Positions 10,755 through 21,820 of a stretch of 64,000 bases of DNA are shown here, piece by piece; the stretch's first letter is position 1, and every line of letters starts with the position of its first letter. Source of the stretch: an uncultured Armatimonadia bacterium (GTDB taxonomy: Bacteria > Armatimonadota > Zipacnadia > CAVVLO01); assembly GCA_963749155.1 (NCBI GenBank), contig CAVVLO010000002.1, positions 768,001 through 832,000 of the forward strand, given 5' to 3'. The notes below the pieces were generated by a model that did no database searches, had not been told where the DNA came from, and worked only from the letters and a program-made list of their open reading frames with translations. The position numbers were made by a program, and so were the translations under genes.

Positions 10755-11793
10755 ATGCCAAGAAGCCTGATGGCGGTTGCGCCAGGTCAGTTTGAATTTG
10801 TCGAATATGAAGAGCTGCCTCTTGCTCCCGACCAGGTGAGGGTGGTATCGGAGTTCGCCGCAGCCAAGCATGGGACCGAGCTTGCTATCGCAAGCGGCAA
10901 GAGCCCTTATGCGAATCGGCGCTATGATCCACAGCAAGGGCTGTTCCTCCCGATGCCTGAAGGCCAGGCCGCCATCGGCTTCCCCTTCCAGGTGGGGAAT
11001 ATGACTCTTGGGCGCGTTGCCGAAGCTGGCTCAGCGGTAACCAGATTGCGTGTGGGCGACCGCGTGATGGGTCATCTGGGCTTCCGCGAGACTCATACTG
11101 TCTCCGAAAACTGGCTGGAAAACGCGCCGGCGGATCTCTCCTGGCAGCAGGCTTTCTGCTCCGATCCGGCGGATGTCGCCCTGGCCACAGTGAGAGACGC
11201 CGACATCCGCATCGGCGATACCGTAGCGATCTTCGGCCTCGGCGCTATTGGACTGTTTGCTGTGCAGATCGCCCGGCTGTCTGGGGCGCGCTGGATTGCC
11301 GCGGTGGATCCCCTGGCCAACCGGCGAGCGCTGGCTGAAGCAGTTCGGCGCGAATCTCACACTGGATCCCACCGCTTGTGATGTCTCGATGGAGGTGCGA
11401 AGGCGCCTGCCCAGGCCAGGCGTTGACCGCAGTATCGAGGCCAGCGCGAGCCACGCCGCGCTGCACGAGGCTATCCGGGTGCTGGGGATGCGCGGCAGGT
11501 GCTGCGCGGTTGGCTTCTACCAGGGTGAGGCGTGCGGCCTGCGCCTCGGGGAAGAGGCCCATACCAACGCGGTGGACTTGCATTTCTCGCGCTCGGATAC
11601 CATCCCGCCTCGCGACTGGCCGCTCTGGGACAGGGCTCGCCTGCTGGAGGCCACCTTCGAACTGCTGGAATCCGGCGCGCTCGACTGTGAAGGCGTCATC
11701 GACCCAATAGTGCCCTTCGAGGAAGCAGCAGATGCTTACCGCTTCATCGCCGCGCACCCGGAGGCCTGCATAAAACTGGGAGTAACTTTCTAG
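10755..11793 (+). CDS. MDR-superfamily (zinc-type) alcohol/sugar dehydrogenase (frameshift near 11345)
   Basis: 'KHGTE', Rossmann 'IFGLGAIGL', 'AVDPL..RR', C-term 'AYRFI...PEACIKLGV'. Confidence 0.75.
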
Positions 11794-14700
11794 CCCCCTT
11801 CGATGCTGGCCAATACTCCCTCGTAAGGGACGGAGTCGGCGCCCTGCTCCAGCAGGTCCAGGCGCAGGCGCGTGATAAGGCCTTTCCACTCGGGGTGGTC
11901 GCCTACAGCTAGCTCATAGGTGTGAAGCGCTCCATCGCCCAGGACCTCAAACTCGAGGGTCTGGGCGACCTCGTTTGTTGAGTCTTCTCGTTGCCAGCGC
12001 AGCGCCACCGTGCCTGCCTGGTTGCTCGAGAGAGTGATGCGCAGCGTTCGGACGGCGCCAGCGGTTACTTCCATACGAGGCCCGTAGCTGAAGGGATCTC
12101 CAGCCAGCGCCCTTACCAGGAGGCCTGCTGGGCGCAGGGGCAAAAGGCGCGGTGCAGTTGGCTTCAAACCAGCCGCAAGGCCCAACCGAGAAGTCGAAGG
12201 CGATGCGCTGAAGGTGGGGCTCCTGATACCGGACCCCCAGCAGCCAAAGCGCCCCGCCTGCGGGGGGCAGCTTGTAGTAGAGGCGGCAGGTCTCGGCCTC
12301 ATACCACCAGCCCGAGGCAGCTTGCTCGAGCGGCCACACCTCTTCCAGTCGCTGGCCCTTGTAGCTGACCGCGGCGGGCGCGCTGAGATTGCAGACGACC
12401 CCATAGGCTGGCAATTTGAGCAACGGGCTTGCTTCGATTGTCAAGGTCTCGTCCGCCCAGGAAGCCTTCAGCTTGCCGCTGCTGCTGACTGTAATCGGCC
12501 CGGCAGGAGTCTCAGCCTTTATTGTGGCAACTTCTACCTGGAAGCCAAGTGACTGTAGCCCCTGGCGCAGCTCGGACTCGGGCGCGATCATCGGGGCATA
12601 GGTCTTGTCGTCCTCAAGGGTCCAGCTATCTACCAGAGCGCCTTCCCACTCGCCTTCTTCGACCTGCTGATACATCGCAGAGGTGAGTATGCCTTCGGCA
12701 ACCTGATTCCAGTCGAAGCTATCATCAAGCGGAGCAAGCTGGCGCAGCGCAGCCGAATATTCCAGCCCGACCCACTGCACCGGACGGCCGAACCAGGGGA
12801 TCGAGAAGTGCGTTGCGCCGAAGTTGGAGACGGTCGCCCAGACCATCCCCTCGCGCTCAGGCAGTTGCCACTTGTAGCAGAAGGGCAACCCTCGCTCGGC
12901 CCAAAGGCGCGCAGCCTCGAGGTAGCGTTGCTCTCCGGTCAGTTGATAGGCATCACAGTTGGCGCGTATAGCGGCAGCGCTGGCAAGTTGGTCGGGGCAG
13001 CGCAGTTGAAGCTCCCACAGGGCGACCCCTTCTGGGCGCGGCTGGGCATTGACCCAGTCAAGACCCCTTAGCAGTGCAGCCAAAGGCTTGGTGTCGCCGA
13101 AGAGGCGACAATAACGCAGCCCACCCGAGACGAAGCCTGCGATCATCCCGCTGGAAGCCGTGCCCACTTCGCCCCAGCGCGGGTCAGCGTTAGGCCCACC
13201 CCAGAAGGGTACCGTGCCATCTGGGCGCAAGGCCTGCCCGTGACCAGCCGCCGCAAGCTGATGTTGACCCGCCATCGCTGCCAGGTAGCCGGCAAGGAAG
13301 GGGAGCTGCTCGGTGTTGCCGTGGGTCGCGCCACTGACCAGGCCACCCGCGCCTCGAGTCTCCAGTCGCCCAGCCAGCGCCTCCTTTACCTGCCGCCTGG
13401 CCTCCAGGGCAACCTCGGGGGCATAAGGCGCAAGCACTTCCGAGGCCACCATCAGCAACTGGATGAGGCCAGGGCAAGAATCCAGCTGCGTCCGGTCGCT
13501 GTGCCACCAGCCTCTGGATTCTGCATCCCAGAATTGCCTCGTGATTGTTCGGACGCAGAGCTCAAGCTGGTCTAATTCATCACGAGGCGCCTCACTTGCA
13601 GGCAGATTATGCCGCGCCAGCCAATAACGCTCCGCCGAGGTGACTTCACTTGATGCCAGCGCGAACACCTCGGCGCGCAGCGTCACGACCTGGCCGGGAT
13701 CGAGCTGGAGCGGCTTACTGGCTACTTCAGCATTCTCGTCATCGCTAGCCGAAAGCGAGGGGATGAAGAGCCTCATCAGCGTGCCATCGCGCCCGTAACG
13801 CCAGTCGGGCGAGGCGAACTCGGCCAAGGGCAGCGCCTGGCCTGGCAGCCACTCGGCAAGCGGTTGCCAGGTGATTCCCGTCGTCGTCTGATTATAAGTT
13901 ACGGCAAGGTAGGGAGTCGTGACTTTATACGGGTGGGGCACGAGGCGCTCGGAGAGTGGCCAGTTGGCAAAGTATGTGCCGCTAGAACGTTCATCCCGGT
14001 TCAGCCATTCAAGCCCTGGGAAGACCGCCGCAGAGCGCGCAGCAGAGGGGTTGCCCATCACAAGCCAGGTAGGTCGGCAGGCCCAGGTGGCCCAATTCTG
14101 TCTGCTTCGAGGCCACCACCTTCAGGGTGATCTCGACCTCTTCAGCGTCAGCTTTGAGGTTGAAAACTAATTGACCAGATAATCCTTCTGGAAGACCTTC
14201 CAGTTTCAGTCGGGCAACCTGAACGCCCAGACTTTCCAGCAGAAGTACCTCGTCAGCATAAAGAGCTCGTGGCGCAACCTCACCCACACGGGCAAAAGTC
14301 GCAGCGTTTGCGAAGGTACCTGCCAGCCGCCACTCGCCTCCCACCTTGTGATACAGGAAGGCTGGTCCTGTCTGACCTTTCGGCAGGTCGGCGAATACCA
14401 GTCGCAGCTTGCCGTTATCGAGCGCCTGCTGGCCGGGCGCGCCGACCATCACTTGCCCACTGGCCGTAAAACGCTGCCCCCCTTGCTGGAAGACTCCCTC
14501 CAGCTTGTGCAGTCCGGACGATGGGGCTGGCAGGCTCAAGCACCAGGCGCGTCACGTCATGCTGAGAGATGGGAGCGCTCTCCTCCAGCACACCGAACCC
14601 GGCCGGCTTGCCGTCCAGGCGCACCTCGATGGCCCTGGCGGGCTCCAGGTCGCCTTCTCCAGCACTCCGCAGAGCAAGACTTACGGCGAGTGGCTCACCT

Positions 14701-15530
14701 GGAGGCGCGAGGGCCCTCAATCCACCGAAGGCAAGCACTTCCGCCCGGCCTTCATACTCGGCTGCCGCGACCAGGAGGCCGGTGGCGCCTGTGAGTTGGA
14801 GGGTCTCAAGACCGCGCCCTTCGACCAGCGAAAGCAATCCCTCTGGCGGCACTGCTCCGGCTGGGATTGCAAGCTTCGTCGAGCCGCAGACGACCGTTAT
14901 TGGGCCTTCTCCCTCTGGGAAAAGTCGCAGCAACACGACCCCCTGACGCGCTAGCGGAGTTGGCAGCGCCAGTTCGCTCGCGGGAGCTTGCTCTGGCATA
15001 AAGGCCTCGAGCCGGCAGCCGGATAACCGCGGCTTGCCCCAGTCCGACCAGTCAAGGGCATTGCCACCGAGGGGATCAAGCTCCAGTCCCAACTTCACTC
15101 GTTTGCCCTGCCAGCCTGTAATATCGGCCGCAAGAGGCGCCCACCCGTTCGCTATAAACTCGGCGCGCGCAAGTCGCTGCCCGTTAACCGCCAGCCCAAA
15201 ACCTACCCCGTCAGCATCAGGCGCCAGACCAAGTTGCCTTGCGTCCTGCAAGCCGCCATATCCGACGAAGAAGAGGCGCTCTCCCTTTGCGGTTTTAGGA
15301 AGCTTCACTTGCCAACTGTAGTCACCAGGGCTCGAGGCGGGATGACAGAGCAACCCCATCAGGCTGAGGCCGCCACAACTGGTCGCAAGCAGTCGGTCAT
15401 CGTCCATCACGTTGTTCGCTTGTCGCTCCGCAAAGCGATCGAGCAGATCAAGAACGACACTTGCCTGGGGCACGGCAGCCAGCACTCGAGTGGCGGCCAG
15501 CAGCAGCATAAGGGCGACCAGCAGACGCAT
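11790..15530 (-). CDS. large secreted multidomain hypothetical protein (probable carbohydrate-active; split into about 4 ORFs)
   Basis: Signal peptide at 15530; ORFs 14415-15530, 14009-14539, 11947-14061 and 11790-12404 overlap end to end; helical-barrel-like core and C-terminal 'HTYEL.VG.HPEWKGLITRLRLD' module. Confidence 0.6.
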
Positions 15531-15551
15531 GAGAACCTCCTTTTGGGTAAA

Positions 15552-16790
15552 TTACTCGACCGACCGCCTTACTTCCTCACGGGCGATGCGCCCCCATTCA
15601 TCGAACCGGGCGGGGTCACCGTTGCAGGTGTGCGTGTCCTTCAACACGATATCGAGGACGCAGTCGTTGGCCCTGGCGATTTCCAGAGTTTCTCTTATGT
15701 CCTGCCGCACCCATTCCGGATCGAACTGCACCCCTGCGAGGGTCGCGGGGTTGGGCTTCCAGTTGTAGATAACCTTATTGCCCAGTTTCTCTGCGCTGAT
15801 GCGCTTGTCGGCCCAGGGGCTGATTGAGACGCGTCTCAGGTGGGGTACGCGCTTCATCAGGAAATCAAGCTTGAGATGCAAAGGCTCGCAGCAACCGTAG
15901 ATGGTCAGGCCAAACTGCTCGAGGATGGGCAACTGATAAGGCAGCACAAACTCCTCGTGCATATCCGGCGAGACTTCGGACATCGTCTGCGCCTCGGTAA
16001 AGCCCCACATATCCTTCAGCCTGACGGTACCTTCGAAATCGCGTTGGGGCAACTCGGTCGTATAACCAAAACTGCCCGAGCCAACATAATCATTGCCGTT
16101 GTTCAGACAAAGCGCCCCTTGTTCCTCCAGCGACTTCAGCCAGGCAAGTCGCCCATCGGAGAGCCGCTGCATCCCCGCGCGCAGCAGTTCGGGATTGTCA
16201 GACATATCGATATAGGTCTGAGTAATACCCCGCAGCATCGTCCACTCGTCAATGAGCCCGAGCGCCCACCAGTATTGACCGCGCAGGCGTACCTCCAGGA
16301 TATCGCCCAGTAGCTCATCGAAGAAGGCGAGGTTGCGCGCTGTAGCTTCCTCATCCAGCCTGGCGGTTGGCGTCTGGATGAGTTCTACATCATCCATTGT
16401 CTTTACTGGGGCATCCCAGACATAAGCGCCTTTATACTGCTCAGGCGCGTGCGTCTCCCAGGCCAGGCCCCAGCCTGTCATATGCACGACCGGCCCGACA
16501 TTGAAGTAGTGGTCGCATTGTTGATCATCGGAAAAGTGCTCTGCCGCATACAGGCGCATTTTGAAGCCATATTCAATCCCGCGCGCATCGGCCTCTTCGC
16601 ACTCCATCGAGCTGGGAGGCAACAACTCTTCCCAGGCGCCCTCTGGCGAAATAAAAATAAGTGGCCTGACCGGCTCCAGGCGGTTTTGGGCCTCCCATAA
16701 GTCGGGCTTCTCGAGTTCGTGCGGCGTGGCTGCTACCTCGGCAACGCGCCTGGCAAGCTCGCGCAGTAGATTGCGGTCTTTGGCGGTCAT
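15552..16790 (-). CDS. uroporphyrinogen decarboxylase/methyltransferase (URO-D)-like family protein
   Basis: 'VSPDMHEEFVLPYQ', 'YGCCEPLH', 'RRVSISPWAD', 'WKPNP', 'LKDTHT'; start at 16790 after GAGGTG. Confidence 0.7.
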   Translation of the reverse strand: MTAKDRNLLRELARRVAEVAATPHELEKPDLWEAQNRLEPVRPLIFISPEGAWEELLPPSSMECEEADARGIEYGFKMRLYAAEHFSDDQQCDHYFNVGPVVHMTGWGLAWETHAPEQYKGAYVWDAPVKTMDDVELIQTPTARLDEEATARNLAFFDELLGDILEVRLRGQYWWALGLIDEWTMLRGITQTYIDMSDNPELLRAGMQRLSDGRLAWLKSLEEQGALCLNNGNDYVGSGSFGYTTELPQRDFEGTVRLKDMWGFTEAQTMSEVSPDMHEEFVLPYQLPILEQFGLTIYGCCEPLHLKLDFLMKRVPHLRRVSISPWADKRISAEKLGNKVIYNWKPNPATLAGVQFDPEWVRQDIRETLEIARANDCVLDIVLKDTHTCNGDPARFDEWGRIAREEVRRSVE

Positions 16791-16917
16791 AAGGCACCTC
16801 GGGCATGAATATATGACGACCTGGAGAAGGTTCGCCTCGGAGAGGGTAGCCCCCTGCAGGGCAGGGCTGACGAGCTGGGCGTCGAAAAGGGCCGACCTTA
16901 ACAGGGAGGTACGCTCT

Positions 16918-18105
16918 ATGAGAAAGCTAGTATTGACTGCGCTTGCGTTGGTTGCGCTGCCCACCTGCCTGCTGGCCGCTGATGCGCCCAGTTACAAGCT
17001 GGGAACAATAACCTTTGAAGGGTATGGCGAAATCACAGGCCTGCAGTATTACAGTCGCTTCTTCGGGCACGATGCTGCCGTAGACCGAGACTTCACCTCG
17101 GGCGCCGAGGCCTATGATTATAGCGCCCACCTCATCTATGACACCGCCAGCCAGCAGTATCGGCTTTATTCCGGTGGCCGGTGGCTGAGGCCCAACGAAG
17201 GCGACGGCGATCATGTGCTTCAGCATGTCTCAAAGCTGGGCGAACCAGGTTCCTTCAAGATGCCCTATGACCGGCCGGAATTCCTGAACGGCGAGGAAGA
17301 GGGCGAAAAAGACGTCTGGTACGCTCACAACTGCCTCGAACCTGAGGTACTGCGCGTGGGCGACACCTACTATATGTACACGCAGGTGATGATCGTACCT
17401 GGTCAGATCTTGCCCCAGGGCGATGTCGTGGCCGAAGTGGGCGCCGATCGCATCCAGCTCTTCACCAGCAAAGACGGCAACAACTGGGAGCGTTTCAAAG
17501 AGCGCGATGTCGTTATCAACGTGGAGGACCCAGCGCATAGCTTCCTGCACCATCAGGAAGCGCTTTACGTGCCCTGGGATGTTGATGGCAAGCCCTGGTG
17601 GCTGTATATCGGCCTTAACGACACCACGGGCTGGAAGGGCTATTTCCGAGTCAGGTCGGCTGATCCGAAGACCTTCGACTGGTCCACAAAGGAACCGGCT
17701 CCCGGCTTCTCGCAGCTTGGCAACCAGCTTGCCTATTGCAAGCAAGCGCCAGGTGGGCCGCTCTTTGTCCGCATCAGCTTTACCAAAGCTCCCCTTGTCG
17801 ACCGGCAGGTGCCCACACTGCAGTTTTCGCGCGATGGATTGCAATGGAGTCATGGCGCCCCAGGGCAGGTAGTGTTGCTTGCAGGCAGCACCAACGAGGA
17901 CAAGAACCGCAACTGCTACTTCCTCGGGCTGTCTACGCTGGATGGGACAGGCGAACTTGAATATCTGGGCGATGACACTTATCGCGCCCTGTATGTGCCC
18001 ACCACCAGCAACACCCCTGTGGCGATGGAGATCTTCCTGGCTGAGATCGGCCTGGGCGAGGTTATCTTCAAACTGAATACCATCAAGGAAGAGGAGGCCA
18101 AATAA
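16918..18105 (+). CDS. secreted five-bladed beta-propeller glycosidase-like protein
   Basis: GGAGGT RBS, signal peptide MRKLVLTALAL..., 'EPEVLRVGDTYYMY', 'SKDGNNW', 'SRDGLQW' Asp-box-like repeats. Confidence 0.6.
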   Translation: MRKLVLTALALVALPTCLLAADAPSYKLGTITFEGYGEITGLQYYSRFFGHDAAVDRDFTSGAEAYDYSAHLIYDTASQQYRLYSGGRWLRPNEGDGDHVLQHVSKLGEPGSFKMPYDRPEFLNGEEEGEKDVWYAHNCLEPEVLRVGDTYYMYTQVMIVPGQILPQGDVVAEVGADRIQLFTSKDGNNWERFKERDVVINVEDPAHSFLHHQEALYVPWDVDGKPWWLYIGLNDTTGWKGYFRVRSADPKTFDWSTKEPAPGFSQLGNQLAYCKQAPGGPLFVRISFTKAPLVDRQVPTLQFSRDGLQWSHGAPGQVVLLAGSTNEDKNRNCYFLGLSTLDGTGELEYLGDDTYRALYVPTTSNTPVAMEIFLAEIGLGEVIFKLNTIKEEEAK

Positions 18106-20096
18106 TGGAGCAACTTTTAGTGCTGGCAGTGTTGTTCATCCTCATTACCTCAAGCTTTGCGCTGGCGCAACCTGTAACGGTGCAGAGTCTGCTCGAGGAG
18201 CAGGTAGACTTCGAGCGACTGGCTACTCAACCAGAGGCTGGACGTGACTCTGACCAGTGGTCGAGTTACGACCGGGCAAGCGTAGCACCGGATGCAGAGG
18301 GCTGGTTCGCCAATGCGGACGCGGGGCAGTTCATCCGGACCGAAGAACGCAACGGTGAGACCGAATTCGTGATGGCCGAGATGACCGGCCCGGGCGCCAT
18401 CGTGCGCCTTTGGTCAGCCAATCCCGATGGGGCGGGCATCATACGCATCTATATTGACGATATGACCAGTCCAGCACTCGAGGCTGACTTCCTGGCGCTG
18501 ACCACCGCACAGGTGCCGGAGTTTCCTGCGCCTTTCTCAGGCCGGCGGGCGATGGGGGCCAATCTCTACTTCCCCTTCCCGTATGCGCACCAGTGCAAGG
18601 TAACCGCCACCAAGCCAGGCTTCTACTACCATGTCGGCTACACGACCTTCCCCCAGGGCACCGAGGTAGAACCTTTCAATCTGGAGACTTTTGCCACGCT
18701 TGGCCCGACGCTGCTCAAAGTGGGCAGGCTGCTTGAGAATCCCACCAGTGGGTTCAACACTCGCGGCGCCAAACGCGTGCCCGTAAAGGTGACCATCCAG
18801 CCTGGCAAGAGCGCAGTATTGGCCGACCTGAAAGGGCCAGCGGCTATCTGTCAGCTTACTATGAACGTCGAGGTTGACGATCCCAACCTGAAGACTCTCC
18901 TAAGAGAAACCGCCCTTTCTATAAGCTTCGATGAGGAGGCCGCCCCTTGTGTCTGGGCGCCGCTCGGAGACTTCTTCGGCTCGACGCCTGGCATCAATCC
19001 TTACCAGAGCTTGCCTCTTGGGATGGCTGCCGATGGCGGGGCCTACTCGAACTGGTATATGCCCTTTGGCAAGCAGGCGAAGATCGAAGTGAAGAACGAG
19101 AGCAAGTTCCCCCTCGAGCTTGCCTTCAGCACCTACTGGAAGCCTATCAAGTGGACCAGCGACCTGATGTATTTCCACGCGGGCTGGAGGAGTGAATGGT
19201 TCCCCGTAGAGCCGGCCTTCCTGGACTGGCGGATGCTGGACGCGACCGGGCCTGGGCGCTTTGTCGGAGTGATGCTGGGCGTCACGAACACCGCGCCTGG
19301 CTGGTGGGGCGAGGGCGATGAGAAAGTCTGGGTGGACGGCGATACCTTCCCCAGCTTCTTCGGCACTGGCTCGGAAGATTATTTCGGTTATGCCTGGTGC
19401 AATCCGGAGCTTTTCACCCATGCGATGCACAACCAGAGCGTCTGCACCGGCCCTGGCAACTTCGGCTACACGGCGGTCGCGCGCTTCCATATCGCCGATG
19501 ACATCCCCTTCCAGCAGCGCATCAGGTTCGACATCGAGAAGTGGGATGCCGCCGAACGTGGTTACTGTTGCACCAGTTACTGGTATGCGGTGCCAGGCGC
19601 GACCGACTTCTTCAAGCCGGTGCCTGTGAACGAGCGACGCCTCTGGCCCCTGAAAGACCTGAACGTGAAAATCAAGGGCGCTCTGGAGGGAGAGGAACTG
19701 GAGATCGTCACGCTAACCGGTGGCACGACCAGCATCCAGGCACTGACGGCTGAGGGCTTCTCGAATATGCATCATCTCTGGTGGCAGCAGGCTGGCGTGG
19801 GCGGCGAGTTGGTAGTCGAGGTGCCAGTGGCAAAGCCAGGCAAGCACCGGATTATCGTGAATCTGACCAAGTCGTGGGACTACGGCATCTTTCAGCTTTC
19901 GGTGGATGGCAAGCCGGTCGGCGATCCGGTCGACCTTTACAGTGCCGTAATCGCCCCCGAGAAGCTTGACCTCGGAGTTTTCACGCTGGGCAAGAGCTTC
20001 AAACTGGGGCTTAAGTGCGTTGGCATCAATGAGCTGTCAGATCCCAAAAGCTATATGGCCGGCCTCGACTATATCCTGCTCGAACCAGTCGAGTAG
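18105..20096 (+). CDS. secreted DUF2961 (GH172-like) protein with C-terminal CBM-like domain
   Basis: 'SSYDR', 'GPGAIVRLWSANP', 'PLGDFFG', 'WWGEGDEK..VDG', 'GTGSEDYFGYAW', 'RFHIADDIPF'. Confidence 0.85.
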   Translation: MEQLLVLAVLFILITSSFALAQPVTVQSLLEEQVDFERLATQPEAGRDSDQWSSYDRASVAPDAEGWFANADAGQFIRTEERNGETEFVMAEMTGPGAIVRLWSANPDGAGIIRIYIDDMTSPALEADFLALTTAQVPEFPAPFSGRRAMGANLYFPFPYAHQCKVTATKPGFYYHVGYTTFPQGTEVEPFNLETFATLGPTLLKVGRLLENPTSGFNTRGAKRVPVKVTIQPGKSAVLADLKGPAAICQLTMNVEVDDPNLKTLLRETALSISFDEEAAPCVWAPLGDFFGSTPGINPYQSLPLGMAADGGAYSNWYMPFGKQAKIEVKNESKFPLELAFSTYWKPIKWTSDLMYFHAGWRSEWFPVEPAFLDWRMLDATGPGRFVGVMLGVTNTAPGWWGEGDEKVWVDGDTFPSFFGTGSEDYFGYAWCNPELFTHAMHNQSVCTGPGNFGYTAVARFHIADDIPFQQRIRFDIEKWDAAERGYCCTSYWYAVPGATDFFKPVPVNERRLWPLKDLNVKIKGALEGEELEIVTLTGGTTSIQALTAEGFSNMHHLWWQQAGVGGELVVEVPVAKPGKHRIIVNLTKSWDYGIFQLSVDGKPVGDPVDLYSAVIAPEKLDLGVFTLGKSFKLGLKCVGINELSDPKSYMAGLDYILLEPVE

Positions 20097-20111
20097 CAGC
20101 CAGCAGGCAAG

Positions 20112-20152
20112 AAAAAACGCCCCGGGCTCCTGGGTCCGGGGCGTTCGCTTTT
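20112..20152. terminator. bidirectional intrinsic terminator
   Basis: AAAAAACGCCCCGGGC-loop-GTCCGGGGCGTT...TTTT between convergent genes. Confidence 0.7.
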
Positions 20153-20157
20153 GTGGC

Positions 20158-21702
20158 TCAGGCGTGGCTCATGCGACGAGGCAAGACGCTATCGGTGGCG
20201 ACAAGCTCCTCCAGCAGGCGCAATTGCAACTCCTGCCTGAGCCCCTTGTAGGCTGAGTCGTTCCACAAGTTATGTAGCTCCGCGGGGTCGTCTTTCAGGT
20301 CGAACAACTCGCCCCAGGGCTGGCCGGAATAAGTTGTCAGCTTGTAGCGGTCGGTGATAAGGGTGCGCAGCTTGAGGCCCAGGTAGTCCTCATCGTTCTC
20401 GACAAGTGCTACCGAACGCACCCGGTCGGCTTCACCCAGCAGCAGAGGCGCAATCGACCTGCCTGGCCAGGCAGGTAGCTGCTGAGCGCCTTCGGGCTCC
20501 GCTGGCACGCGGCCTTCGGGGACGTCTACCCCCGCCAGGTCGAGGATTGTCGGCGCGAAATCGAGGAAACTCGCCAGCGCCTGGGTCCCTGCCTGCTGAA
20601 AGCGGCCCGGCAGGCTCCACAGGAAAGGCGCGCGCAGCAGCCCTTCGAAGTGGAAGGGCCCCTTGTTCTGCAGCCAGTGGTCGCCCATCAGATCGCCGTG
20701 GTCCGAGAGGAAACAGACGACAGTGTTCTCGCGCAGCCCCCTGGCCTCCAGCGCAGCCATCACGCGACCGATGCAGGCATCCACATGAGAGACCATCCCA
20801 TACGTCAGTGCGAGTATCTCGCGAGTCTGGGCTTCGGCCATCTTCGTCGGCGCAAACCGCCCACTGAGGGGGATGCCCTCATACAGCACGCGCTTGAAGA
20901 AGGGCGGCAGGTCACGTTCTTCTCCCTCGCGCCGGCGCGGGGCCACGACATCGGCTGGGTCGTACATACTCGCCCAAGGCTCGGAGGGACAATAGGGATG
21001 ATGCGGATCTGGGAAAGAACACCATGTGAAGAAAGGCTGGTCGGCTGAGTGGCTATTAAGGAAATCAATCGTCCTTTCGGCGACCCAGGTGTTGTAGTGC
21101 AACTCGTCCGGCAGGTCAGTAGGGCCTGCCTGTTCTGTGCCATACCTGGACTTCCGCCAGGCGCTTTGCTCAAGGAAACGATCCGAACCCGGCGCCTGCT
21201 CCCTCCGCCAGGTTGTGTAGTCGCCTCCTGTCCAAGGCCCATGGCCGATGGAAAGCTCCACCGTCTGGAAGCCATAATAGGGCGTCGGAGTTGTGGACAA
21301 TCGGCCTGTCTCCCACATCCAGGCACACTCTGGCCAATCAAGGGGATTAAGTGTAGCTGGTTTTAGCCCGCGCGGCGTCTGGAAGTTGCTCATATGCAGC
21401 TTGCCAACCGAGTGAGTGCGGTAGCCAGAATCCGCAAGCGCCTGCACGATTGTCGGATACGAGGTCGCAAGCGGGATGCCGTTCGTCCGCACCTGGTGAC
21501 CGCGCGGAGTAAGACCCGTAAACAGGGTCGAGCGCGAGGGCATACAGAGCGGGTTGTTGCAGTAAGCTCTATCGAAGCGAACCCCGCTTGCCGCCAGGGC
21601 ATCCAGATTGGGCGTTTGGATAATTGGGTTGCCAGCACAGCCCATATGGTCGGCGCGCATCTGGTCAACCACAAAACAGAGGAAGTTCAATCTTTCAGGC
21701 AT
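20158..21702 (-). CDS. Cys-type sulfatase (choline-sulfatase-like)
   Basis: 'DQMRAD', formylglycine motif 'CMPSRSTLFTG', 'GKLH', 'PHHP', 'SDHGD', 'ELFDL..DP.ELHNL'. Confidence 0.9.
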   Translation of the reverse strand: MPERLNFLCFVVDQMRADHMGCAGNPIIQTPNLDALAASGVRFDRAYCNNPLCMPSRSTLFTGLTPRGHQVRTNGIPLATSYPTIVQALADSGYRTHSVGKLHMSNFQTPRGLKPATLNPLDWPECAWMWETGRLSTTPTPYYGFQTVELSIGHGPWTGGDYTTWRREQAPGSDRFLEQSAWRKSRYGTEQAGPTDLPDELHYNTWVAERTIDFLNSHSADQPFFTWCSFPDPHHPYCPSEPWASMYDPADVVAPRRREGEERDLPPFFKRVLYEGIPLSGRFAPTKMAEAQTREILALTYGMVSHVDACIGRVMAALEARGLRENTVVCFLSDHGDLMGDHWLQNKGPFHFEGLLRAPFLWSLPGRFQQAGTQALASFLDFAPTILDLAGVDVPEGRVPAEPEGAQQLPAWPGRSIAPLLLGEADRVRSVALVENDEDYLGLKLRTLITDRYKLTTYSGQPWGELFDLKDDPAELHNLWNDSAYKGLRQELQLRLLEELVATDSVLPRRMSHA

Positions 21703-21820
21703 AAGGCGCCTCCTGTAAGTGTAATTTCCACTTTAGACCTCAAGCTCCGATTTCCTCCCCAAGAGCAGGAAGCAGGCCTTTCAGTGCCGAACCGCTAGCA
21801 GCCTGCTCTGGAGGACCAAA

